This document shows positions 11,380-22,044 of a stretch of 64,000 nucleotides of DNA, piece by piece. Under the pieces are notes generated by a model. That model worked only from the letters and a program-made list of their open reading frames with translations. It made no database searches and was not told where the DNA came from. The number at the start of each line of letters is the position of its first letter. Positions within the stretch are counted from its first letter, which is position 1. The stretch comes from Perkinsus olseni. Taxonomy: Eukaryota. The translations under genes were made by a program, and so were the position numbers. The stretch is from assembly GCA_013115125.1 (NCBI GenBank), contig JABANN010000013.1:1-64000 (forward strand). The letters run 5' to 3'.

Positions 11380-13275
11380 TCATTGAAGCAACGTCTTCGA
11401 GTACCGCCACAACAGTAGTACAGTAGCCCTCTCGTCCATCGTCAGTGTCCGTCGCCTGTATGCCACACACATCGCCTCCCATATCGGCTCTAAGTCGCCG
11501 TTCCTATAAGCTCTAGGCAGCTTCTCCATGATGGGTTGATAGGTCCGGCTGAGGAGCTCCTCAAGGCACCTCTCCCTCATCTTCCCTATACGCTCGATAC
11601 GGCAGCTGTATATCAGACTCGCACAGATCCGAGCCAGAGTCCACCCCTGCTGAGGATGCTGCTGAAAGCCGCCTTCCGCGAGGGCCTTCTCGATTTCCGG
11701 GTGAGGACGGTAGTTCACCGGCACCCATGAAGTTGACCCCTGGGCCAGCAACAGGCCAACCAGCGGTGTCGGGCATCTGACCCCAGCAAACTTCGGACGC
11801 TCCTCTGCGGGCTTCTGCCTCCTCTCCTTGAAGGCCCTCTCATTCTCGAACCTCCTCCGGACCTCCGCAGCATGGCTGCTACCCTGATGCCGGGCAAGGA
11901 TGTGACTATCCAGCTCCGATGCAGGGACTGTCTCATGACAGCCCCTCACCGGGCACAGCCGTTCGACCTCGATAGGCTCTCCATTGCGGAGATATACTAC
12001 GCCACTGCTGCTACTCGATTGAGGTCCCTTCCACTCCCAGTCTGAATCAATCTCATCCTTCGTCTCCTGTGGCTTCGACGCTCCCCTCTCCTTCCTCCGC
12101 CTTACCTTCCTCCGTTTATCTTTCGGTTCTGCCCATTTGTCCCCAGAAGCCTTCGCCGCGGCGCCATCATCAGAACGTCTCCTTGTCCTCTGCCGAGGGA
12201 TATCCTCTGCGGTATTCCTGCACGAGGTTCTTTCTCTCGCTGCTCCCCCACTAGCAGAACAGGTCCTCGGCTCCTCACAGAAGGCAGCCCCAGCAGCACT
12301 CCTAGACGGAGATCTTCCCCTCGGACCCGATGCTTTTTCCCTCCTGCCTTCGCCCGCTTGCCCAGCCGAAGATTCTGGCTGCACAACCTGACCACGGTTC
12401 CGGGCCTGCCGCTGTCGACTTCTCCCAGCGGACCGCTCGGGCTGACCGCAGGCCCCGTCGTTCGACTCATCATTCTCGCCCTTGATAGTTGCGTTCACCT
12501 TTAACGGCTGCGGTTGGGATAGATCATCTCCTCGTCTTCGATTCACACGCGTCCTCAGCCCAACGGAGCTCACAGTAGCGGCGGTAGTTGAGACCGAGCT
12601 TCGACCATCGAAGTCGCCAGCAAGCTCCTTCTTCAGAGGAGACAACTTGAAGTGATGAGGCCATTGCTCAGGCCGAGGAGGGGGAGGCGGAACTGGAAGC
12701 AGAGGAGACACCATGCTGACTGCGGCCTGGCAGCCTCCGCCGTTCCGACGGGAACCCTCAGAAGACAATAGTTCCAGCCTCTGCGGCCCTCGCTGCTGCT
12801 TCACCCTACCCAGTGGTGTTCTCTCAGCCTTCGGCGGGCTTTCCTCCTCATCTCGGTACCGCCGTCCAAGTACCTTATCCTCGTTATGGCCACCGAAGGA
12901 CGATTCCTGCTTCCTCCGCCTTTGCCCTTTGCCGCGTGAACCGATGCAGTTAGCCGCAAAGCGATTATACCCCCCGATAGCCGTCGCCGTCAGCCGAGCC
13001 CCGCCCTCTCCAGCCGCATCTTCACGGCCCGTAGTACTACTGGTTTTATCTCTTTCCCCTTCGACCGATGATTTCCCACGACGCGCGGGCTTTCGCTTCT
13101 TCTTAGCGGCGCTTTCATCAGCAGTCAAGTCGACTGTCGGCTGGCGCTTCCGTCGACCGCCTCTGAGACGCCGGGCAGCCGGAGTACTCTCGTAGACGTC
13201 CTCGGTGAATGTGAGGGACTCTTCTGAAGAGGAGCTCTTCACTTCTACCACATCAGACACCCCGCGAGGGGACAT
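11380..13275 (-). CDS. Lineage-specific C2H2-like zinc-finger protein, paralog 2, with a long basic disordered N-terminus
   Basis: 631-aa ORF with CPVRGCHETVPASELDSHILARH. The C-terminal ~150 aa are nearly identical to paralog 1. Several NLS-like basic runs. Confidence 0.7.
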   Translation of the reverse strand: MSPRGVSDVVEVKSSSSEESLTFTEDVYESTPAARRLRGGRRKRQPTVDLTADESAAKKKRKPARRGKSSVEGERDKTSSTTGREDAAGEGGARLTATAIGGYNRFAANCIGSRGKGQRRRKQESSFGGHNEDKVLGRRYRDEEESPPKAERTPLGRVKQQRGPQRLELLSSEGSRRNGGGCQAAVSMVSPLLPVPPPPPRPEQWPHHFKLSPLKKELAGDFDGRSSVSTTAATVSSVGLRTRVNRRRGDDLSQPQPLKVNATIKGENDESNDGACGQPERSAGRSRQRQARNRGQVVQPESSAGQAGEGRREKASGPRGRSPSRSAAGAAFCEEPRTCSASGGAARERTSCRNTAEDIPRQRTRRRSDDGAAAKASGDKWAEPKDKRRKVRRRKERGASKPQETKDEIDSDWEWKGPQSSSSSGVVYLRNGEPIEVERLCPVRGCHETVPASELDSHILARHQGSSHAAEVRRRFENERAFKERRQKPAEERPKFAGVRCPTPLVGLLLAQGSTSWVPVNYRPHPEIEKALAEGGFQQHPQQGWTLARICASLIYSCRIERIGKMRERCLEELLSRTYQPIMEKLPRAYRNGDLEPIWEAMCVAYRRRTLTMDERATVLLLWRYSKTLLQ

Positions 13276-13594
13276 GAGGAGTACGAAACACTAAGAAAGA
13301 TTAGCTTGCAGCGAACCCCACCCACCCACCCAGGCGTTACGCCCCCGTCTCGGAACGCGACACATCTCCTTCGTCATGAAAAGAATTCACGACCTCTGCT
13401 GTCCCCACACCGGAGTACAAAGACAGTTCACTAGACCGCACAGGACTGATGCCTTCGGAGGAGGAGTTCTACCACCCCGCACAGCAGAACCCGTAGATCC
13501 CTCCGAGTTGGCCAGCCAGTGTTCAAGCGAGCAAGAGGTGCGAACCATCCCGTCGACTACTGATACTACTCTTCTACCCAGTGGTACCTTCGCG

Positions 13595-14554
13595 TCATCG
13601 CTCGAGTCGGTCCGAGAATCGATACAGCAGTGACACCATCGCGCGCCCTTCAGTCGGGTCAACTTTGTCAAAATGTGGCGGCCTGTCGAACATCCCTCGC
13701 AGGAGCTTCCTCGACGTATGGCGGTTCTCATGCCCTTCCTCAAGCCTTAGCGCCCCAGCCTTATACACCGCCTCCACAAGCTGCTCCATCCCCCTCAGTG
13801 GTACTCCTCTCACCTCCTGCTCCACCCTCAGGGCAGTAATGAAAGCAGCGCATATCCTCACAAAGCTCCACCCAGCCGAACGATTGCGAGTGACACCATC
13901 GGCAAGGGCCTGCTCAAGCGCTGGATGAAGACGTTTCCGAATAGTACCACCACTCCTCGAGAAACCCGGACAGTAGTATCGCAGCAGAGGCCGAGGGCAG
14001 GGCACTCCCGCCACCATCACGGTCTCTCCATCCCGGTCCTTCTCCCTAGCGAAGACCCTGGACCGGATCTCGAACGCTTCCTGACTCTCCTTGTGCAACA
14101 GACCGACGTGTTGATCCCGCTGGTGCCGCGAGTCGAAGACCTTCAGACAGCCTCTCACATGGCATCTGAACCGGCGAAGGCCTTCGTGTTCATCAGGCAC
14201 CACCTCATCCGCCGGCAAGTCGACAGCCCCCCAGTCGGAGTGCATGTCCTCACTCGACTCACTATCGCTGCTCTCTGACTCTGCATGAGCCATCGCTCGA
14301 TGCTCGGCAGCTCCTCCACCTTCACCACCGTTCGGATCTCGATCGTGGTCCCCACGCAGGTTCAATCCCCGGTCGCGTCTCCCTCGCCAGTCGTGGACCA
14401 CAGGGAGCTCCGGTTTCTCATCCTCGTCTTTCGCATCGCAGTCAGCCACCAAGTCAATGACCACAGCAGGATTCCGCCTTCGTCGCTTCCGCACTGGCGG
14501 CGTGATGATCTCAACCTCGGAGTCACTCTCTCTATCGCGGTCGGCAGCAACCAT
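13595..14554 (-). CDS. Lineage-specific C2H2-like zinc-finger protein, paralog 3 (diverged)
   Basis: CHVRGC-x12-H-x4-H, AGVPCPRPL, HPALEQALADG, GWSFVRICA and LLYRFS all align to paralogs 1 and 2. First ATG is at 14554. Confidence 0.65.
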   Translation of the reverse strand: MVAADRDRESDSEVEIITPPVRKRRRRNPAVVIDLVADCDAKDEDEKPELPVVHDWRGRRDRGLNLRGDHDRDPNGGEGGGAAEHRAMAHAESESSDSESSEDMHSDWGAVDLPADEVVPDEHEGLRRFRCHVRGCLKVFDSRHQRDQHVGLLHKESQEAFEIRSRVFAREKDRDGETVMVAGVPCPRPLLRYYCPGFSRSGGTIRKRLHPALEQALADGVTRNRSAGWSFVRICAAFITALRVEQEVRGVPLRGMEQLVEAVYKAGALRLEEGHENRHTSRKLLRGMFDRPPHFDKVDPTEGRAMVSLLYRFSDRLER

Positions 14555-14640
14555 ACAACAGGAAAACAATCAACTGAAAAGAGAGGCAGCCTGTTAACAC
14601 CTACTACTGAGTCAAGAAGCATGGCGGATTGAGTCGACCG

Positions 14641-15030
14641 GCAGGGTAGCGCCGAACTGCGGTGTACTCTGTCGCATGCGCCCTAGACCACGCGACCTAG
14701 GGAGTACGTCCCCAACGCTACTCAGTTAAGGGTGGGATGGCGGACGAAAGGAACCGCCATGACCATGCCTTAACGACAGCCGTAGCAGGTTTATTCGACG
14801 AGTTCCCGGAAGTAACCACGAAGCGGTCCCCGAGCGCTATTCCCGTGTTTCTTGATTAACTCTATACGGCCCTGAACTCACTCCACGGCTCAACCAGTAG
14901 GACCCCTGAGGTCCCGCTCATCAACACAACAGGGAGAGCCGTAACACAGAAACGATTGATGGCCAAGTCGATTGACACCAGAAGGGACGCGTCAATGACC
15001 CGGCTACGAAAGCAGCATCGTTATTCGTTC
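14641..15030 (-). ncRNA. Candidate highly structured non-coding RNA or cis-element of unknown class
   Basis: ORF-poor interval with many 5-9 bp helices, G-U pairs that work only on the minus strand, a long-range closing helix and an H-type pseudoknot (see findings). Confidence 0.45.
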
Positions 15031-15170
15031 GACGACCGATATAGTAAGAATCATAGCTTGAAGGAGAGATCACTCATCAATCATCACGCACGTCGCCTGG
15101 TTTGAGTGGTGGCGAAGGTTACGTTGATTGGGCCGCGTATGGCCACCGTTGACAGTCCGTTGGTGAAAGA

Positions 15171-15605
15171 TTATTTCTTCGCAGTCCTCGCCTTCCGCTT
15201 AGTACGTTTAATCCTCTTATCAACGATGGGGTTCCCTTCCTTATCCACTTTGATGCATGCTCTCCGGGCTCTCTCTTCGGCCTTCTCGTCCTCTCGCAGT
15301 TCCCCCAAGTACCTCCGCTTCGCCCTCTCAGCACCCATCTTGCTCCCCTTGACCTGTCGTCGATCCTTCCCTCTATAATAGGGCTTGTAAGACTTGTCCC
15401 TCGGACGGCCACGACTGGGGAGCCCTAGGGGATCTTCTCGACTGGCGTCAATCACGCGCCTGGATGGGGCGTTGGGCCTCGGTGCTGGCTCAGCGGCATC
15501 CCTACTCTCCATCACGTTGGTAGTGTTGCCAATGACCACGTCATCATCATCGGACTCCATCGCCGCCCCACCATCATCCTCTTGGCTGTAGTGGAGGTAG
15601 GGCAT
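15171..15605 (-). CDS. Small basic protein with an AT-hook-like RGRPR motif, paralog A
   Basis: RRVIDASREDPLGLPSRGRPRDKSYKPYYRGKDRRQ is shared with 15959-16282. Basic C-terminal tail. Start codon uncertain. Confidence 0.55.
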   Translation of the reverse strand: MPYLHYSQEDDGGAAMESDDDDVVIGNTTNVMESRDAAEPAPRPNAPSRRVIDASREDPLGLPSRGRPRDKSYKPYYRGKDRRQVKGSKMGAERAKRRYLGELREDEKAEERARRACIKVDKEGNPIVDKRIKRTKRKARTAKK

Positions 15606-15958
15606 AGACAGAGAGAGGCAACCTTGGAGAAGAACTAGGCTGTGGGCCCCCAAAGTTCGCATCAAGCACCCCAAGGAAGAGAGTGCCAGAATTGAAAACG
15701 CGAAAAATCCTCGTTAAGCGACACGATGAGAGGTAGCGAAAAGTAGTAGCAAGATAGGGATTCAAGCATTTAGAAATGTTGCTCGATTCGAAGATGTTAG
15801 AAGAATGACCGAAGCACAGGAGCGATGATGGTCATAGGAGCAAGGGGTCAATGATAGTGGATAGACGTCAGTACAGCCAAGGGATGCCGGGAATAGAATG
15901 ATATAAACTACGAGACTCACTTCATTCAATTACAATTACCATGACCATGTGATCATGA

Positions 15959-16282
15959 TTACTTCTGGGCCGCACGCTTTCGTTTCTCGGCTCGAACTTC
16001 CTCCCTCAGATCCTTCAAACGACTGCTAGCGCGTTGTCTTGCAGCGATCTTGCTCTGCCTGTACTGTCGTCTGTCCTTACTACGATAGTACGGCTTGTAG
16101 GACTTATCCCTCGGCCGTCCCCTATACGGCAGCCTGCGAGGGTCTTCGGTCTCAACATCAATTACCCTCCGCAAGACCCTGCGCTGAGCTGGCGAGTCGA
16201 GAGAGGCTTCCTCCCCAGCCTCGGCCGCGCGCTCGACCGGAACCGCGGCATCTCCATCCGGGCTGATGCCTTGCTCGGCCAT
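15959..16282 (-). CDS. Small basic protein with an AT-hook-like RGRPR motif, paralog B
   Basis: RRVIDVETEDPRRLPYRGRPRDKSYKPYYRSKDRRQ. The ATG at 16282 follows a pyrimidine-rich tract. Confidence 0.55.
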   Translation of the reverse strand: MAEQGISPDGDAAVPVERAAEAGEEASLDSPAQRRVLRRVIDVETEDPRRLPYRGRPRDKSYKPYYRSKDRRQYRQSKIAARQRASSRLKDLREEVRAEKRKRAAQK

Positions 16283-16402
16283 CCGAAAGCACAGAAAAAA
16301 AACTGCAAAATTATACCCAGAGGCCAACTCAACAGTAAGGATCTGATAAGTGTACGGAAACAACGTTGGTGGTGATGATGATGATGATGACCACCAGAGG
16401 GT

Positions 16403-18869
16403 TTACGAGAACGCCGATACCTTCCCAGGAGGTGCCGTGAGCAGCTTCGGCAGCCTGTCCCTGCCCACAAGCCTCTCCAGAGCATAGCCATCACAGCTGC
16501 TATAAAGACAGGTGGAGTAGCACTGGCTCGGCACTCTGACGTCCCGGAGGAGATCTTCGTAGATCTCCGGCCGCTCTGGCACACCGTAGAAGAGGTAGTG
16601 TTGAATGCCCTTGATGCGGAGCTTCCTATACCACAATAAACGCTCCGTCATGAGGATGACCTTCTTCTGCTGCGTCAGGAAGAACTGCCGAGCTCGACCC
16701 ATGGACTTGTTAGAAGAATACTCATCAATCGCCACGAAGGAGGCGTCATTTTTCTTGAGAAACGCGCGCAACCTAAGATACTCGAAGTAGGAGCTCACGC
16801 AGATCGCCAGACGGCCAAGGCCGGCGCCGATATCCTTCCAGTATCTCTCCTCGAAGAACTTGAGGTACTTATCCGAGGCCTCCGAGGGGTCATCGACGGC
16901 AACGTGCATGAACAGCTGCTTGGCAATCCCGAGGTTCACCGAGCACTTGGCGACCGTGCCGAGCTTGGTAGAGGGCAGCATGCGGATCCATCCTCGCCAG
17001 TTGCCTTCTTTGCCCTCTTCCCACGTGTCATGTATCACCGAGTCCATGAGGGGATTGTAGGTATCGGTCAACACCACCGTCTGTCGGAACCTCCTGGCGA
17101 GCCCGTCGGCTATCCAAGGACGAAGCCGGGAGATGTCGGCGCCCTCTGGAAGGGTCGAGGGCTGGACGTTGGTGACTTTGAGAATCTCGAGCACATGGTC
17201 CCAGTTCTGCATACTGAGCACATCGGCCCGGTCAAGAAGGACCATCTCAATCGAAGAGAGGAAGTCAAACTCACGCTTGGCATCCCCTTCGGCACCAGTG
17301 ATGAGTCGGAGCCCTAGAGGGGAGGCTATGATGATGTCCGAGGCGCTGAAGGGGGCGTACAGGCGGACCATCCTCCTGCCCACCTGGATGCCCACACGGA
17401 AGTCGTCATCGGCGAAGTCGTCCTCCGGAAAGATACCATCCCGCCAGTCGGTCGCCTCGTTCTTGCTGGAAAACTCCTCCGTGCCGAACTGGTCGTCGAA
17501 GCGCTTCTTGTTCATCGTCTGTTGGTTGTTAGGAGCCAACTTGAGCAGCCACTGCACATACTCCCGAGCCACGTTACGGAAGGGGCAGAGGATCAACACT
17601 CGAGGCCGGGAGAATCCCTGATCTCGGTACGGGTCCGAGTCGAACTCCTCCGTCGTCTCCCCGAGTAAGGCGTGCTTTCGCAGCTTCTCGTTGTTCTTCC
17701 ACACAGTGTTCCGAGCCCTCACAACATGTGCCATGACGTGGGACATGGCCACCTGCCGAGTCTCCCTCTGCGCCTCGAAGTCCATGCCACCATAGACCAC
17801 GTCGCTATAGGTAGACAGGGCGGACGCCAAAGCATGGCCCTTCCCACTCAAAGCCTCATTACTACACCCATTCTCCTCGAAGGACCGCTGTATCTTCGGC
17901 AGGAGGTCGACGAAGCCCTCGTTTTTCTCCAACAGCTCCACCGTCCGATGAGTACCATGAACCTTGCACCGATCCAGCAGGTCCGTCACCTTGGTAGTAA
18001 CATCGTTGTGCGCTCCGAGCTGGGGGATCTCCTGCAGGTTGTACGAAGAGAAACCCACAGTTTCAGCGCTCTCCTCCTCTTCCTCGTCGTCACTACCAGC
18101 TTCGCTACCAGCACCATCCTCTTGCTCCTCCGATACCACAATCGTCTCGTCAGGTGCATCGCCATCCTCCTCCGCCTCCACTTCCGCTTCCTCTGGAAGG
18201 TCCTCAGGGAGCTCCTCGCTATCGTCGAGTTCAACGGCGCCTTCCAGCTCAGTCGCTTCTGCCGGGCTCTCCTCTCCCTCACCCACCACGGACTCTTCCT
18301 CGTCACTCGAAAGCCTATCAGCGTCCACTCCCAATGACATAAGTAGCTTGTCGAAATCGCCGATGTCCTCGCTCGGCCCCTCAGCCTTGCCCGTCAGAGC
18401 TTCCCGCACAGCCGCATGAGTTGCCCTGGACGCAGCCTCAGCAGCAGCGGCAGCCTCCATCCTCGCGCTCCTTAAGGCACCTAAGTGAAGGTCCTTCGGT
18501 AACATAACATACTCCCAGTCAGAACGCAAGCGATTGTCGCTGTAGTTCAACGTCCGACACGCCTCTTCAGGACTGACAGGATAATTCTGAGTTAGGGTCA
18601 CGCATCTACTGTTTAATTACAGAAGAGATTTGTTCTCTGACGCAGCATTAACTACACGGCATCGGAATGGACGATGAACAGCCCGCTGACTGCAGTCCAC
18701 AAACGCCCGGATGGCAGCCGCCTTCCTTTCTACCCTTAGCCTCCTGCTTCGCCTTCTTGTCGAGTTTTTTCTGCTTCTTTTCCATTACATCTTCCGCGTC
18801 CAACTTCCGCTTCCTCTTCTTCCCCAGAGGATTCTTCGCCTTCGTCTTGTAGTTTCTGAATTTCGCCAT
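16403..18869 (-). CDS. UTP25: U3 snoRNA-associated protein 25 / digestive organ expansion factor
   Basis: Motifs RDQGFSRPRVLILCPFR, DDDFRVGI, LYAPFSASDIIIASPLGLR, DFLSSIEM, MQNWDHV, TER and LERLVG. The basic first exon (MAKFRNYK...) starts at 18869; its splice junction was not resolved exactly. Confidence 0.92.
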
Positions 18870-19765
18870 GACAAGACGCGGAAAATCTGCAAAACTCTTT
18901 CAATCTTTCCCCCACTGTCCTCAAAAACAACTCAGCGAAATCTCCAGCAGAAACGCTCGACTTTCTATACAACGGGAGATGAAAAATCATGTTGGTTGAT
19001 AGTGATTCGCTCCCGCTCAGCGCCAAGTCAGTCTTACTGCCAAGCAGTTGCTGCGCCAAGTAACGGCTAAATCAAGGAGAAACTTTGGGCGTGCTGTTCT
19101 ATCCCCTGCCCCCGAGGAATCGCACTGAGCCTAGACGCCGAGAGCCACGCCGCTGAATGTTCTTAACCATTCTCTGATACCGTCCATCTGGTTTTAAATA
19201 ACGCCCGGCCGCTGGAGGGAGTACATCATACCATCCACCGTCAGTATGGCTCATACAGGGAGTCTCCTGAAACCATAGTTGTGACGACGCCGACTACCAC
19301 GGCCTGTACGATCGTTGTGTGCCGAATGAATTTTCGACAAGTACTACAACCAGTCCATGCAGCGCGAGTACTTAACAAAGGATGGAGCCCCTCTATCAAG
19401 CCAAGCAGGACTCGCAATGAGTAGATGCGCGATTAGTGTGTTGTCCCTTTGTCTACCCTTCCTTGCTCTTGGCCTCGCCCCCACGCCCGTTGTTGTCTGG
19501 CTACAGAGGTGCTTTCGGACAACACTCTTTCACTCAGGTCTGTCATCTGTGCCACATCGCCTGACACCTCATCAGTATCGACCCGGCCACGTTTGCTTCC
19601 GGCTCTATCACCCAACGTGTACGACTTCCGCACGAATCCCCAGAACGCGCCCCACCGATCACGATGGCGTGCGCAGAAGCTATCGGACCGTTTCGCCCGC
19701 CTACGCGGCGGAGCTTTACAGCGCAAGATATACAAGCATTCACCGGTCCATTACTAACTCTCAAC

Positions 19766-21578
19766 ATGTCCACTGAGATTGAAGCTGGTCTTCCTGCTGC
19801 CGAGCTGCCATCTGTCCCACCTGTCGAGGGCAAGCCTCAGCCCGGTGACGACCTCAACGCCCTCGGCCCGATGCCCCAGTTCGGTGAAACGCCTATGGTA
19901 CCTGATGCTCTTGAGTTGGTCTCTTTAGCTCCTTGACGTTTCTCTCGCGACTGCTGAAGTCTGTTTGTCTCAGCAACGTCCCCCTCTTGACCCCTCCAGT
20001 CCTGTTCTGGCGGTTGCTCTTGGAATGTTGCTTGGCTGGCCGTTCCGTTGGGGGGGGACCCCTCCTTAACTGTTCTTGATTGATTTCTGCTTTGTCAGGT
20101 GCCCTGGATGGCTCAGCCTATCGCTCCCGCACTTCCCTCGGCCAGGGCCCTGGCTCCGGCTGATTTCCAGCAGCAGTTCGTGAATCGCTGCTTGTACTCC
20201 GGCAAGAACGTGTTGGATGAGGGAGCTACTGCGTAAGTGTCGTGTCGTCGCGTTTGTCACCGTTCGGGCTCCTTTTGAGGAGTTTCTCCGTATCGCGTTG
20301 AGCTCGAGGTTGTTGGTCTTAGAGTTCTGTCACTGCTCTTGTAGTCCTGTTTCTTCAGGTTCTCGGCTCCGGGCATCCCCGACGGAACTGAGCTTATGTT
20401 CAAGGCTTATGGCGCCGAGATCGGTGGTTCCGCTTTCGCTCCACTACTACAGCCGCCAGCTCCTCAGCCCGATTACTTCGGTCATCTCCTTGGCCACCCT
20501 ATGAACCCTACACTGTACGAGGACGACAGCATCGTCTCTGTCGAAGATGATAACGACGAACCCGAGGCCAAGAAGAGTGTAGAGACCCCCGAGGACGCCC
20601 AGGAAACTGTGAACGCCGAGGAGAATGAGTCTCCTGTTGGTAAGGTGCCTGAGGGTAGAGCCGCCACTCCGGAGCTTGCCCCCACCGAGGACGCTGAGAG
20701 CTCGGATGATTCTGGCGACGACGACTTAGACTATTTCGGACACATCATGGGTCATCCGATGAATCGCGGAAATGGCCGAAAGAAGACCCCGAAGCCGAAG
20801 AAGAAGTCGAAGAAGACTAAGACGGAGAAAATTGAGTCGGACGAGCCCCAGGTGTCAGTCTTGAACCTGTTCTTGGGTGGAGTAGAGGTGTGCGACCGTG
20901 AGGAAAACTTATCGTGAGTTGTGGGCGGCTATGGCACTTCGGTGTTCATTGGCTTCTTTGTTCAGCCATTTCGCTAAGAACGAAGACTCAAGCATTGAAG
21001 AGTCCAAAGAGGAGACACAGGAGGCTGCTGTGGATGGCGATGTCGAGGAGAATGATCACAGTCCTGTCAGTGCTGCAGAGCAGAAGACTGACCAGTCTGC
21101 GCTAAAGGATAGCCCTATCAAGAACGTGTCTGCTTTAATTGAAGAGCCATCGAAGATCGACCCGCCTGTGGAGTTGCCGGAGGATGATGAGATTGCTCCA
21201 GTGGATGACGGCGACGAGCCCGAGAAGACTGGGCGTCCTGGCGAGCCCGAAAGTGCTGTTTCTGCGTCGCCAGTGGCTAAGGCAAGTGATGAAGCGCTCA
21301 AGTCCAAGCCAGCGTCTAGCTTTCCTAAGGAGATCAACTCTACTGCTCAGAGCACCAAAAACGTTGCCGACCAGGCTTCCGTGCGGCCCGACGTCCCTGT
21401 TCAAAAGTAAGCTAGTGTGATAACCCTGCTTCAGTGTTAGTCATCGATTCTCTTCAGGGTCCCAAGTGAAAAGATCACTGATCAAGTCATTGATGAGAAC
21501 GCCGTCTCGGGCAGAGTTCGAGCTGCTGCACCGAAGAAGAAGTCCTTCTTTGGGAGCTTGTGTGGCAGCAAGAACTAA
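19766..21578 (+). CDS. Acidic 'DYFGH-x-x-GHP' family protein, copy 1 (5 exons)
   Basis: Exons encode PMPQFGETPM / PIAPALPSA...FVNRCLY / PDYFGHLLGHP...DYFGHIMGHPMN...LFLGGVEVCDREEN / acidic exon / KKKSFFGSLCGSKN*. Intron positions match copies 2 and 3. Confidence 0.7.
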
Positions 21579-22044
21579 GCGTGAAGATGACCTTTCTCGA
21601 CTGCTTCTGCGGATGGGTTGACTGATCAACTTCACTTTGTCCGATCGGACTTTCTATCTATCGAGACTGTGATCTTGGTGGTTGCATGGTAACATGACTC
21701 ACAGTACATTATTTGTTCTAATTAGCTGTTCAGCAGGGTCTGTGGCGAGCTTGGTCTGGTTGTTATTGCGCCCAAGGAGATGTAACTAAGTGCTTGAGCA
21801 AGCTCCTGTCTATCATACGGAGGGACCCTCCTGTTGGAATCCGGTATCTATCATCACCGCTTTATCGTATCTCGTGTCTTATTAACATTGCTGGGTACGA
21901 CATTGCCAGTGAAACCCATAAGGGTAGCTTCATCAATGGTCTTGCCTCTTGTTTGTCAATCCATGGTTTGGATGGATCTCACTTGTGTACTTGCCGGTCC
22001 GCTTGTTTTTACTCTGTTTTTCTCAGCTTCTGAGATACTCCCGC

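Noticed and set aside
14706-14835. TPP-riboswitch-like words on the minus strand (CUCGGGG...ACCUG...AGCGUUGGGGA)
   Set aside because: The essential UGAGA junction and the CUGAU motif are missing, so the element is left unclassified.
14644-14844. RNase P/MRP P4-like helix with a bulged U, or a telomerase RNA core
   Set aside because: Spacing does not match the CR-I/CR-V consensus, and no CCCUAA(A)-type template lies in a single-stranded region.
16372-16390. (TGA)n tract giving a poly-His run in ORF 16162-16584
   Set aside because: An intergenic microsatellite just past the UTP25 stop; the ORF is out of frame with both real genes.
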